Below, in pieces: positions 25,630-38,448 of a stretch of 64,000 nucleotides of DNA (positions are counted from its first letter, which is position 1; each line of letters opens with the position of its first letter). Below the pieces are notes generated by a model that saw nothing but the letters and a program-made list of their open reading frames with translations, was not told where the DNA came from and did no database searches. The position numbers were made by a program, and so were the translations under genes. The stretch comes from Camelus ferus. Its lineage: Eukaryota. The stretch is from the NCBI RefSeq assembly GCF_009834535.1, contig NC_045712.1:3410001-3474000 (forward strand). Direction: 5' to 3'.

Positions 25630-26125
25630 AGGCTGACATCACCAGTGATCGTGCCTCAAGCACGCTCTGATATGGCACACTGAGGGGGACGTAGTATTCG
25701 TGTGTGGTCTTCTTGCCAACAGTGCTTAAGCTCAGGTGATCCTGAGAAAACATCAGACAGGTGAGTAAGACTCTACAACATAACTGACCAGCAGTCCTTG
25801 AAAGTGCTAAGATCACCAAAGGCATGGAAAGATGACTAAAACATTGTCATGAATTAAAGGACAGTCTGGAGAAAGGAATATTTCAAACAAGGTGAGATTC
25901 TGGATTAGATCCTGGAATAGAACGAGAACATTAGTAGAAAAACTGGTGAACTTTAAAGAAGATCTATTGTTGAGTTAACTGAATGGTACCAGTGTCAGTT
26001 CTCTGCTTTTGATCATGATATTACAGCACAATAAGATGTTAACCCTAGGAGAACCAGAGTGAAGGGGAACTCTGTACCCCTTTATGTAACTTTCCTATAC
26101 ACCAACAATTATTTCAAAATAAAGC
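25630..26125 (+). mobile_element. L1MC-like 3' UTR
   Basis: GAAAACATCAGACA...ATAACTGACCAG...GATTCTGGATTAGATCCTGGAA...AAGATGTTAACC...GGGAACTCTGTAC...AATTATTTCAAAATAAA. Confidence 0.75.
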
Positions 26126-28894
26126 TCATGCTGCATCAGTCATTTCCTAGCCTGAGAGTAAGATTTTTTTTTTAATATCACTTTTTTTGTTTTTACAACA
26201 ATGGGGCCACTCTCCTAGAAAGATATTTGCATACCTAATACCAGTGTAGATGTTTTATTTATGTTCTGCCACATCATTTGCAGAGGAAGTTCAATGATCA
26301 CAGAAATGTGCTCACAGAAGACACACCAGTCAGGGAAAAAATTATGCAGGAAAAAAGAAAATGTCTGGATGCCCAGGCTGCAATCCATATTGACAATGTT
26401 GTTAACTTGTTTCAATTTAATTAAAATTAGACTGCTGAAGAGTGAAGATACGAAAATAACCAACTTTACCCTACTTTCTTAATGAGCAAAAAAAAATACA
26501 CCGGAATTCTGTACTTCTTGTATGCTAAAAATACAGCACGCAGGTTTTCCCTAAATGTCTCATTTATTATCACTGTAAGCTCTTTACAATCAGATGTGAT
26601 ATCTATGTAAAGACGGAGAGAAAAATGGAAATGGGAAAACCTATAATAGTATATAATTATAGTTTTTCACAACATCAAAATTCCTCCTTAAATTAGCAGT
26701 CTGGGGCCTGCCACTGGTAAAAGAAAAGGTAGTAATTCTAGCTACTTGTGGAAACTAAGAAATCATTGAATTATCTACAAAAGCATTGTTGAGAACAGAA
26801 TTCTAATAAGTGATAACTTCAACTTTGAGGCTCGGTGAGAAATGTGGCAATCAGCAAAAGAAAGATCTAAATAGCTGTGGTTACTTTAGAAAAATTCAAT
26901 TCCATGGCTTCTTTTAAAGTTCGTGCCTCCGCACAGTTCAAGTTTTTATTTTACTGCCTCTCAGCTCTTCATTTACTACATCTCAGCTGCAAGTTTCAGA
27001 GAAGTATTTTCAAGCGTAGGAAGAAACGTGATGAAATACGTCCTCCTGGGGCCCACGTTTATGTAACTGTAAACCTACGGAAGTTCTTTCTGACTCTTCC
27101 TAGCACATTTCAGGCTCAGGCTGTATCTCAGGTTACCTTACGGAACCTCTGCTACGGGAAAATCCCAAACTACTTGGGAACCAGTAGCCTTGATAGATGA
27201 GAAAGAATAATCTACATAAATACAAGGAAATTGTCTTCTGTGTATCTAGCTGAGTGCAAGGAAGGCAGGTTTTTCCCAATCGGAAGTAAATATTTTTAAG
27301 TGTACTTTAAAAATTCTTAGCTTACAGTAGGCCCTCAGGTGGGGTGGTGGCAATGGTAGTGGAAATCCATTAGATTGTAAATGACAGACTTTTGTCACTT
27401 CAAAGCTTTGCCATCAATTCCTCCCAAGAGATGCTACTTTCTACTGAATTCACACAACTGAGGAATGAGTCTGGGAGACAGGATGAGCATGCTCAGAGGA
27501 ACGACGAAAGTAACTGGAGAAGAAACAGACTACTTCTGTTTTAATGATATTAACAGGGACTCCAGATAAACCCACCTTAATCCACATCCCCAAACCTTAA
27601 CCCATGGCTTTGCCCCATTGCTTTTTAACACCTGATCCTCCGCAACAGTCACTAATTAAAAACTCCGCATGCTCCTCAGGTTGGGCATTAGAACCTGCAT
27701 TTCTGAGCAATGTTAAATAGCCAGAATAAAATATGAAAACAGTATATAAACCACGTACATTACATATGCATATGTGTATGTCTATAACCACCCACTCACA
27801 ATGTGAATGTATTTATGTAAGTAATATCCCAGAGTCCAGTCGTCAACACAGAATAATTTGTTCTATACAAGAAAACAATTAGGAAAAAAAAAAAAAAAAC
27901 CTTTCTCATCTTTGTAAGTGCTTCACTGTGCTGGACTGGAAAAAGTGGACATATTTCATACATTGTTATTCAGTGAACACGTTACGCTACATCCTAATTG
28001 AGGAAAACTTTCAGAAACATCTCATGTATTTGTAAATAAACGGTGCTGGTGAACAAGCACAGGCAGGGTCTGCAATTACACCTGTGTATATTGATATGCC
28101 CACCAGCTCTTTTGTCTTAAAACAGACCTAAGAGAAGGTTTTTCTGGGCTAATTGCTGTTACTACAGTTTGGTTTCACAGTCAACTGTCCCCTTCAGGCA
28201 CAACAATCGGGCTGGCCTCTTGGTGCCAACTTTTGTCTAAAGACAAATAGGTAAAAAAGTCTCCTTTGAATTTTCTAAAAATACTTATTATTCGCTCTTC
28301 AGAATTCTGTCAATAACCCCAAATGAAGAGAGCTTAATTTTTTAATAGCAAGCAGATGGTTTCAGGGAGGAAACTATTGCCTGGCTCTTGGTTTCTTAAC
28401 ATAGCATAGGCGGCTAGGCAGCACGTTACCTGTCTGAAGGAAGGGCCGGAGTACTGGGTTACTCGTGACAGGTTCCTTGGGAAAATGAGAACAGCTTAAG
28501 GAGAGCCCCACATCTGAGCTGCCCAGCGACCTCCAGTCCATTCTCTGTATCTCAGCCGCAGCTGTATTTCCAGAGTGCAAACATGCTGAAGCTGATCTCC
28601 CCAACTACTTTACGGAACCAGCAAAGACCTGCATAATTCCAGCTCCCACCCATCTCTGCAGCACACAGCTGTACTAAGGCCAGACTGAGTGTCAGCTGGA
28701 TAGGTCTGGCAACCTTGCCTCCTTATCTCTGTACCTAGAGATGATTTGTACGTAGATGAACTTCCTCTGGAAGTATTCTCTGAATTCTTAACTATGATTT
28801 GGTACTGCTCAGACATGCTTTGACAGCTTTCAGAATTTCTCTTATTAGAGCAGTTATCACACAGTATTATTACTTTTCTCTTTATCCTCTTTTG

Positions 28895-28985
28895 TTATTA
28901 TTAATGCCCAGAAGGGAGAGACAAAGTATTTCATTCACCCGTGTACTGAAAAAGTAAGCACACGGTAAATATATGTTGAATCAAC
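28895..28985 (+). mobile_element. L2 3' terminus
   Basis: GCACACGGTAAATATATGTTGAAT end motif. Confidence 0.4.
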
Positions 28986-29535
28986 TTAAACTCTAATGCA
29001 TTTAATTACTTAGGAAAAAGCAGAGTAGGTCCAACAGCTCAAATTGCCAGCAGGAAGCGATCTAATTAGAATCTTAAAAAAGAATAATCAGAAAATTCCT
29101 CAGAACTAGTTAAGAAGGTTGGGACTTTACCCTGGGTACCTTCATGGACAAGAGTTTGTGAGTTGGCTGGGGAATTTTAAAAGATGTCAATAAAGATATG
29201 CATATGATAATTTATACAGATCATTAAAGTATGATTTTGGAAGCTTGCTTCTAAATCATGGATTCTTAAATATGTTTAAGAGACAACATGATAAAAATAA
29301 TCCCAAAGTTACATCTGTTTAAGAGAACTGAGTTAACCAAAGTAGACAGATCACTTTATTGCAGGACATCCCCTAGCCTTCAGTAAGATGACATGGAATT
29401 TGTAGAAAAGAAGAAAGAGGTGTTCCAGGTGGTGCTTCCCAGAGTTACTTGACCAGAAGTTCCTTTTTATCTACAGACAACTCACGCCACAAAAGTTTCT
29501 CAGAACTCACTATGGGATATGTCTGTCATCTACCG

Positions 29536-29700
29536 CAAAGATTGGCACTCTAAAGGCCGATTCCAGCTGAACACCTGTTTTTGTAAATACATTTTTATTG
29601 GAACACTGCCAGGCCTGCTCACTGATGTATTGTCTAGCGCTGCTTTTGTGATACAATGGCAGGGCTGGGTGCTTATGATAGAGATTTATGACCTGGAAAA
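29536..29700 (-). mobile_element. MER58A-like hAT-Charlie MITE, truncated
   Basis: CCTGTTTTTGTAAATACATTTTTATTGGAACAC...GTATTGTCTA-GCGCTGCTTT...ACAATGGCAG. Confidence 0.85.
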
Positions 29701-29771
29701 TACAAAAAACCCAAAAACAAACAAACAAACAAAAAACTTGCTACCTAGTCATTTACACAGACTGTTTGGTG

Positions 29772-31152
29772 GCACGTAAATCAATGAAGTTAAAACACTC
29801 CCTCACTCCATACACGAAAATAAACTCAAAATGGCTTAAAGATTTAAATATAAAACAAGGCATGATAAATCTCCTAGAAGAAAACACAGGCAAAACATTC
29901 TCTGACCTGAATCTTAGCAATGTCCTCCTAGGGCAAGTCTACCCAGGTAATAGAAATAAGAGCAAAAAAAAACCAAAAAACAAAAAACAAAAACAAATGA
30001 GACCTAATTTAACTTAAAAGCTTTTGCACAGCAAAGGAAACCATAAGCAAAATGAAAACCTACAGAATGGGCGAAAATATTTGCAAATGATGTGAATGAC
30101 AAAGGCTTAATTTCCAGAATATATAAACAGCTCGTATCACTTAATAATAATAATAAAAAAAACCCAATCCAAAAATGGGCAGAAGACCTAAATAAGCAAT
30201 TCTCCAATGAAGACATACAAAAGGCCAATAGGAACATTAAAAAATGCTTAATATCATAATTATCAGAGAAATGCAAATAAAAACTACAATGAGGTATCAC
30301 ACCAGTCAGAATGGCCATCATTCAAAAGTCCATGAATAATAAATGCTNNNNNNNNNNNNNNNNNNNNNNNNNNNNNNNNNNNNNNNNNNNNNNNNNNNNN
30401 NNNNNNNNNNNNNNNNNNNNNNNNNNNNNNNNNNNNNNNNNNNNNNNNNNNNNNNNNNNNNNNNNNNNNNNNNNNNNNNNNNNNNNNNTGGAGGAAACTC
30501 TAATTCAAAAAGACACATGCACCCCAATGTTCACAGCAGCACTATATACAATAGCCAAGACATGGAAGCAACCTGAATGTCCATCGACGGAGGACTGGAT
30601 AAAGAAGCTGTGGTATATTTATACAATGAAATTCAACTCAGCCATAAAAAATAATAAAATAACGCCATCTGGAGCAACATGGATGGACCTGGAGATTATC
30701 ATTCTAAGTGAAGTAAGCCAGAAAGAGAAAGAAAAATACCATAGGTTATCACTCATGTGGAAAGTAAGAAGGAAAAAGAAAAAAACAAAAAAAAAGACAC
30801 TGTGGACTCATCTACAAAACAGAAACAGACTCACAGACACAGCAAACAGTCTCATGGTTACCAGGGAAAGGGGGAGGGGAGGAATACATTTGGGAGTTTG
30901 AGATTTATAGATGTTAGCCACTATATATAAAAATAGATTTAAAAAAAGATTTCTTTTCTGTATAGCACAGGGAACTATGTCCATTATCTTCTAATAATCT
31001 TCAATGAAAGAGAATATGAAAACAAATATATGTCTGTGTCTGTATGTGCATGACTGGGACATTGTGCTGTACACCAGAAATTGACACACTGTAACTGACT
31101 GTACTTCAATTAAAAAAATGAAAAGCAATAATAATAACAAACAAACAAAAAA
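29772..31152 (+). mobile_element. 5'-truncated L1: ORF2 C-terminal remnant plus 3' UTR and A-rich tail (spans an N gap)
   Basis: Translations [18 protein letters not shown] and CTPMFTAALYTIAKTWKQPECPS...ATWMDLEIIILSEVSQ are L1 ORF2p C-terminal motifs; frames disrupted; possible degenerate TSD AGACTGTTTGGTG (29759-29771) / AGAATGTTTGCTG (31153-31165). Confidence 0.95.
30348..30488. other. Assembly gap (141 N) inside L1
   Basis: N run. Confidence 1.
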
Positions 31153-32263
31153 AGAATGTTTGCTGATTCCCCAATTTACAGTAACAGTTTGTTCTTTCTT
31201 AAGCTCCCCTATAAAAGTCTCCTCTGGTGATAATTAGGGTTTACCATAGTAAGCTGGACCCACTGCTGATGTGTGATAGAAAACTGTTGTCTAAATGCCC
31301 GATGAAATGATCCACAAACCTGGAGAGCATCACATTTTTCCTCAACACTGAGCTGACCAGCAGTATTCTCTAAATTGAAATGTGAACTAAGCGAAATATG
31401 TTTGCACTTTCTGCTTTGAATTCTAATCAGAAACTATTTTACACACATTCTTAAATTAACATATTAAACCTTACAAACATAGACACATTGACCATAAAGA
31501 AGTCTGAAACAAATACCTTAAAATACCTTACAGATAATTTATCAAAACACTGACATACTGGAAATTTTACTAATGACAACTAAGCTATTTATTTGGTAAT
31601 CTGAAGAAATCATACAGGTATCCAAAAGAACCTGAGGTCCTTCATTATAAACATGTGTTTTGGTCACAGAAGGCTAAGGATGAACAACGTTGAAAGAGGC
31701 TTGTGATCTAGACTTTATCTACATGAAATACCAAGTTAGGCACAGTAATTGAAATAGTTAGATGATTTGTTTTTTTTCTAATTCCAATTCAGTAGTTAAA
31801 GAAAATACATAGTTTTAATTCCTACTAGTAACAAGTATTTTTGTTTCTTCAATTGTTAATCCATAAAATTAAACTAGCTCAAATATTGGGTTGGTTTAGG
31901 ACACATTCAACATAATTTTGTAAGTTGCTAGAATTGACGTGTTTGGTCGTGAATTTAAGAGAAAAGACTAACATGGAAAGAGAATTCAGTTAACAGTAAC
32001 TTCTGGTGACAGATACTTGTAGGAATAAAAGTTTCTTCTATTTCTATAATTCAGCCGAATTAGTCTGAAATTCTGTTTCTTGCGTGTTTTTCTCCTCAAC
32101 CTTCAGCTTGCATCTCCCAAAGACATTTGACAGATATTGCTACTGGTTTTTGGCTCTGCTCCCTTTCCTCCTGTCTGCTGAAAACCATCACATTTGATGC
32201 CTAATTTCCCTGGAGAAACTGTTAAATGCTTTTAGGCTCATTTTAGAAGCCAATATTGGTATA

Positions 32264-32271
32264 TTTTTTTG

Positions 32272-32302
<31 letters not shown>
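32264..32302. repeat. (TTTTG)n microsatellite, probable antisense retroposon tail
   Basis: Direct read; followed by TTACCTTGTGGCAAGAACACTTAACAT, an L1MA-like 3' end snippet. Confidence 0.85.
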
Positions 32303-32303
<1 letters not shown>

Positions 32304-33129
32304 CCTTGTGGCAAGAACACTTAACATATACAGGTTTTGATAGTTATTTCAAGGCAGTCCTTTGACTAGAGTTTCAAAATAAAGAATTTTGGTTTCCATA
32401 TTCTTGCTCTTCTTAGGATAAATGGCCAAACTGATCATATATAACTTAAATGAATTTGACTCAATGTTCTGTGAAAAAGAAGAAAAACACACTAACAAAA
32501 AATACACACAGAGATATAATATTGTAAACAGCATATGCCCCAGAATGAGTGTTAGTTGGAACATACAATCCAGTTCACAAATTCTCATGGGAGATTTTAG
32601 TTCTCATTTACCTATCATACTGTGAGCATTCCACCAGGGTGGCATGATTCTTCCATTTAAAAACATAAATGCTTTTAAAATATAGTTCCTCAACACAAGC
32701 CAATTGTTTCATCTGGTGTTCAATCAATAACTTGGTCATCTACCCCAAACCTAGAAAAAGAACGCTCTGTGAAGAACCACTGTGAGATGACACCCTGGGT
32801 GCCATCATTTTCCAGGCTGAACCATACATCCTTGGGTGGTCAAATGAATCTCAGGAACACAGGGTGAGTGCAGCAGCAAAGGCAAGATTGAAACTCCAGT
32901 CTCCAGACTCCTTCTCCTTGTTCCTCTATTAGACGACAGTGCTTTCCTTTCTTTATTAAGTCCATTCCAGTCAAATTCCAGCCGACTTTTCCATCCACAT
33001 TTCCCAGTCTCCCTGGCATACAACTGTGTCTCAGTCAAATAGGGTTTTTTCACTGCAGGAACTTGCTGTATATTATACTGGCTACATAGCTTTGCTTCGA
33101 CTGTGTCCTCCATTCTTTCTTCCACCTTT

Positions 33130-33415
33130 CAAAATAAAATCTCTTCAACTGTCACTTTCCAAACAGGTAACTTTTCCTGATTCCCCGAGGTCAAAGTTAT
33201 CATTTCTGCTGTGAATAATAAAACATCTTTTCTGTAATATTACTGTGCTGTTTATTAAATCCCAACTTGTAATATAATTGCATGTTCACTCCTTTATCAG
33301 GATGTAAGCTCAACGAGGCTAGGCAGAGTTCATCATTTGGTAAGATTCTGCATTCCTCACAACATGCTCAGAATCCTGCTTTATAGATAATAGGAACTGA
33401 ATCTATGTTCACTAA
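33130..33415 (+). mobile_element. L2 3' region
   Basis: GGATGTAAGCTCAACGAGGCTAGG and downstream L2 end-like sequence. Confidence 0.55.
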
Positions 33416-33993
33416 TTTATAAGGGCAGACAGATGTGTCTCATCAATAGCAAAAAAAATTTTTTTTTTATTTTGCAGAATTTATTCTTAAACTAAAAGTC
33501 AGAACAACTGGAATTGTTCCATCAGCATTCTGGAATTCTCCCTGAAAGTCAGCATTCCTAAAATACTATCCTGATTCTACCTCTTGAATGTGTTTGTTTT
33601 TTGTTTTATGTTTGTAAAAGCTCCAGTGGGTTTTAATCCGCTGGGGCTTAGAAGCATGCATACACTTAAGTAGGGCTTGGTGCCCTTTCCTTTGGCCTTA
33701 CTTATCTAAAGATTCAATTCACCTTTTGTATCTTTTCCTTCCTTGCTTTATATATTGAGAAAATCATTCTCTTTGAGTAGACAGTGAAGACAGATTTGTC
33801 TTCTCAGAAGGGAAGAGTATGTCACTTTAAGTACTGAATCAGGCAGCAAGAAAGTCTAAATATCCATTTTAGCCCATTTTCATTTCCTCTCTGATGCTTT
33901 AATGCTTCTCTAAATAAAATAAAGACAATATTTCAGTTGTAAAAGCGGAGTTCCATTAATAACTAAAGATAATAAATTTAAAAAGTTGTTGCA

Positions 33994-34450
33994 GACTTCT
34001 TAAATGATGGCCATTCTGACCAATGTGAGGTGATACCTCATTATAGTTTTGATTTGCAATTCTCTGATAATTAGTGATACTGAGCATTTTTTCATGTCCT
34101 ATTGGCCATTTGTATGTCTTCACTGAAGAATTGCTTGCTTAAGTCTTCTTCCCACTTTTGGATTGGGTTTTTTTTTTTTTTTTTTTTTTTTGTTACTGAG
34201 TTGTATGAGCTGTTTATATATTCTGGAAACAAGACTTTGTCATTGACATTATTTGCAAATATTTTCTCCCATTCTGTAGGTTGTCTTTTTGTTTTGCTTA
34301 TAGTTCATTTGCTGTGCAAAAGCTTCTAAGTTTAAATAGGTCCCATTTGTTTATTTTTGCTCTTATTTCTATTGCCTGGGTAGAATGCCTTAGGAGAACA
34401 TTGCTATGATTTATATCAGAGAATGTTCTGTGTATGTTCTCTTCTAGGAA
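33994..34450 (-). mobile_element. Inverted 5' segment of an L1 (ORF2 C-terminal region)
   Basis: GATGGCCATTCTGACCAATGTGAGGTGATACCTCATT... is the L1 ORF2 reverse complement; minus translation FLEENIHRTFSDINHSNVLL...KINKWDLFKLRSFCTA. Confidence 0.92.
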
Positions 34451-34606
34451 NNNNNNNNNNNNNNNNNNNNNNNNNNNNNNNNNNNNNNNNNNNNNNNNNN
34501 NNNNNNNNNNNNNNNNNNNNNNNNNNNNNNNNNNNNNNNNNNNNNNNNNNNNNNNNNNNNNNNNNNNNNNNNNNNNNNNNNNNNNNNNNNNNNNNNNNNN
34601 NNNNNN
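34451..34606. other. Assembly gap (156 N) at the L1 inversion junction
   Basis: N run. Confidence 1.
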
Positions 34607-35216
34607 GAACTCTAATTTGAAAAAATACATGCACCCCAATGTTCATAGCAGCACTATTTACAATAGCCAAGATATGGAAGCAACCTAAATGCCCACTGAC
34701 AGATGACTGGATAAAGAAGTTTTGGAATATATATCCAATGGAATACTACTCAGCCATAAAAAGAATAAAATAATGCCATTTGCAGCAACATGGATCGACC
34801 TTAGAGATCATCATATTAAATAAGCCAGAAAGAGAAAGAAAAATATCCCATGATATCACTTATATGTGGAAACTAAAAATAAGGACACAAATGAACTTAC
34901 TTACAAAACAGAGACAGACTCATAGACAGAGGAAACAAACTTACAGTTACCAGAAGGGAAAGGGAGACATAAACTGGGATTTACGGATACTAACCACTAT
35001 ATATGAAATAGATCAACAACAGGGTCCTACTGTATACCACAGAGAACTATATCCAATACCCTGTAATGGCCTATAATGAAAAAGAATATGAAAATGAATA
35101 TATATATTCATATATATATGAATCACTACACTGTACACCAGAAATTAACAAAACACTGTAAATCAACTATATTTCAATAAAAATAAACACATACATACAT
35201 AAATGAATAAATAAGC
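34607..35216 (+). mobile_element. L1 3' end (ORF2 terminus, 3' UTR, TACA/TAAA tail)
   Basis: ACATGCACCCCAATGTTCATAGCAGCACTATTTACAATAGCCAAGATATGGAAGCAACCTAAATGCCC...CTGTACACCAGAAATTAAC...AATAAA. Confidence 0.95.
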
Positions 35217-35635
35217 AAGCTGTTGTAAGCCAGTGATTCCAGCTAAACGTGGTTATTTACAATACTTGTACAAAATCCTCTAATAGAAACTGAGATGAAA
35301 TAAAGATTTATGAAAGAGTTGATGGTCAACATATATCTGCACATTTCCACTAGGGAAGATGTTTCTTTCCTTTCCTGCATTATTCAAAACCGTCAGATTC
35401 CTCAGAAACTCAAGTTCCATGCTCTGTCTCCCAAGATAACTAATGAAGAAAACAGTTAGTTCTTTTTCTTTTTTGTAATGTTTCTATAATTGTTTCAAAG
35501 TAATATTGGTAATATAAGAAATTTTTTCCACTTCTGTCCCAACATAAGTGAAAAATATCAGTTTGTATATTTTTGGTCATTACAAACTGTCCTTATACAG
35601 TATCATCTTGGAGTAATAATAAAAGAGAAGCTTGG

Positions 35636-35700
35636 GTGTGTGTGTGGTGCGTGTGTAAACCTACACACACTCAAGCACACATACATTATATGTACATACA
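35636..35700. repeat. Imperfect (TG)n/(CA)n low-complexity tract
   Basis: GTGTGTGTGTGGTGCGTGTGT...ACACACAC...CACACATACA. Confidence 0.7.
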
Positions 35701-36149
35701 TATGTTTGAACACTTTCTTTCTGTCATCCACACGCATGTCAGATTTTCCAGTTAAAGTCTTTTTCTACTCAAGATATTGCATCAGATGTCAAAAAAACAT
35801 ACCATTTCTTGATTAACACAGATATTAAGTGATACCTTTCTCTGCTTCTTAAGGAATCAACACCAAACCTTAAAACATGTTCCATCAACCACTGGAATAA
35901 AAAAGGCAATGTTTAAAAAAAAAAAAAAAAGGCAACTCAGAGACCGTGCTTGCTCTATACCTAGCATCCTCTTTTCACAACCACTTTTTTATTTGGTGCC
36001 CTTTTCTGGATTTCCCTATTCTGCATGTCCTGATGAAAAAATGGACTGTTTCTTGTGGATTCTGGACCTTTGAGCAGTATCATGAAAAACCTGGTTGTTA
36101 GTAAGTTATCTTCACATGAGAATAACGAAATCCCACTTCATTTCACTGC

Positions 36150-36545
36150 CCTCTAGATGTAAAACATTTCCACGGAGAGTCCACAGTCCTTGGCTCTCAC
36201 ATCTACTCTGGTGAGTTCAGTGACCAACCCCTGCCCTGAGGCATAGGACTTAACTGTTTCTCCAAATCTGTCTCCCCAAAATTTCAGGTCCCAAATTTCT
36301 AACTGCTTAATGACTACTTCGCCTTGAATCATCTCATAAATAACTTCTGCTTTCTTCCCCATGAGCCAGCTCTTTAAAGAAATACATATTTCAGCCAATT
36401 GATACATTCTTCTTCCATTCACCCAGGTTTGAAGGTGTGGGGTTATTGGTGATTTCACCAACGTTTGTCTTCCTCATTCCCTATACCCTTATCACCTACA
36501 TCCCATCAGTGACTAAGTCCTTCCATTTACATGTCTTAAATTTCT
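36150..36545 (+). mobile_element. L2 internal/3' fragment
   Basis: TTTCTAACTGCTTAATGAC...CTTCCATTCACCCAGG...CCCATCAGTGACTAAGTCCT, typical L2 motifs. Confidence 0.65.
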
Positions 36546-36640
36546 TATATGTTTTGATGAAGATTAATCAATATTACATAGGAGCCAATAAGTATTCAAT
36601 AAAAACATAACTTCTGTTATCATTACACCTGATACTTTTA

Positions 36641-36856
36641 TTTTTTATTTTTTTAACATTTTTTATTGATTTATAATCATTTTACAATGTTGTGTCAAAT
36701 TCCAGTGTTCAGCACAATTTTTCAGTCATTCATGGACATATACACACTCATTGTCACATTTTTTTCTCTGTGAGTTATCATAACATTTTGTGTATATTTC
36801 CCTGTGCTATACAGTGTAATCTTGTTTATCTATTCTACATTTTTGAAATCCCAGTC
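36641..36856 (-). mobile_element. Very young 5'-truncated L1 (216 bp of 3' UTR plus A tail)
   Basis: Reverse complement contains CTGTATAGCACAGGGAAATATAC...TGTGCTGAACACTGGAATTTGACACAACATTGTAAAATG...AATAAA plus A tail; perfect 17-bp TSD TACACCTGATACTTTTA at 36624-36640 and 36857-36873. Confidence 0.96.
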
Positions 36857-37059
36857 TACACCTGATACTTTTAAATTTCCCTGCTTTCACATTTGTGCAT
36901 TTTGTAACACCTTGTGTGCTTTGCTTTAGGATTCTGCTCAAAATCATTTCTTCCACTTACCTTGGAGGCCAAGATAGTACATGGCCCTTTCCCATTCTTC
37001 TTATCTCTTAAACGCATTTGTTATTTCTACCATTCATTCAGTCAACTGCTGCTTCATGA

Positions 37060-37230
37060 CATCATCTGTATTTAACTGAACATTTCTTTGTCTCTTACAT
37101 TGTCACCTTATTCACACTGTATTTATTTTCTTTCACCAATTATACTGTGAGCTCTGTGAGAACAAGGAATGGTCTATAGTCTCATATTTTTTGTATCCCA
37201 CCAAAACACCTAGCAAAGTGTATTTCTAAA
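37060..37230 (+). mobile_element. L2 3' end
   Basis: TATACTGTGAGCTCTGTGAGAACAAGGAATGG...TTGTATCCCA...ACACCTAGCAAAGTG. Confidence 0.65.
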
Positions 37231-38448
37231 GATGATTAAAATCTTTTGTTGATTTCTTGATGACTGATAATATTCTGTTCATTTGTTTTTAGTGGGATCA
37301 ATCTTGTATAAAAATAAGCTTGGATAGTCATAGCCCACTTATGATTGTGTAAGAATAATCTTTCTTCTCAACTTCTCCAAGGAGGACTAAGACATTGAGG
37401 AGTGTGGTCCTATCATTTACCAAAGATATTTAAGCCTAATCTACGAGTAATTCTAAAAAAGTGGGCCATGGGACAATCATGAATATTGGCAAACCGTCTC
37501 AGAGTAAGATTTAATCTGATTTACTAGGATTGTAATATCAAATTGATAATTTAAGAACCTGACTTTGTAAAAAAAAAAAAAGTATAACCACTCGATCAAG
37601 AAAATATTTTGAATTTATAATTTAGTACATTAGCTATAAAGGTTCTGTTGTGTGTCCTTAGAGGAAAACAGGGTAGACATACCCAAAATACACAAGACTG
37701 AATGCTTAGCAAAGAGAGACTCGTCCCTTCCTCACCTCCACCTCTTACTGTCTGCCCCATGAACTCACCACATGCCTAAATGCGCACAGAGGTAGTAGCA
37801 ATTTAAGCAATGGAATTGTCTCCTTCGAGTTCCCTATTATCCCTTCTGTAGCCAAATCAATGAAACTCTGAAGTCAATGAAGTCAACTGGCCCCCAATTT
37901 CTCTACCTAGTGAAGTTCAGAACTAAGCCCTTACTCACTGTTATCCCCTCTCGGGACCCTAATCCCAGATGACCCAGGGCTCTTGCTAAATGAAACCCAA
38001 TACTTAGAGATAAACACTTGATTACACACGGACTGCCTTTCTAATGTGTCTTTTTATTTGTTTATTAAATGGTTCTCTGCTGGGTTTTATTTTAAAAGGT
38101 TGCTTCTGAATCTGAGCGCTTTAAGTGAACAGATCTATCTTTACCCAATGACTTCTTCAAACAGCAGGTTAGGCACTTAGCTCTTTATTACAGCTGTAAC
38201 AGGACTGGAGTTCTACCCCTTCCAGGTCAAAATATATCCTCCCTTAATTTTCAAACTAGTGGTAAGTCAGTGAGCCATATATTTTCTGTAACTAACCAAA
38301 AAAACAAGTTCTCCAGAACAACTGTGACTGAGCTCAATTGTAAGGATTTATTCTGGCACATCTAATGGCACGTCCATGTGTACAATCTGGCTGTGACCTT
38401 TCATAAAATTAGCCTGTGTTAACATCGATGATTTCTATTCCAGCTCTC

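Noticed and set aside
30311-30901. 196-aa ORF and other X-containing ORFs (also near 34298-34688 and 60321-60581)
   Set aside because: Open only because N runs lack stops; the real parts near 30 and 34 kb are L1 ORF2 remnants
31511-31530. 10-bp tandem duplication AAATACCTTA x2 (similar 9-bp case at 37869-37886)
   Set aside because: Ordinary slippage micro-duplications
35094-35109. Perfect 16-bp palindrome ATGAATATATATTCAT
   Set aside because: By-product of the (AT)n tract in an L1 3' UTR
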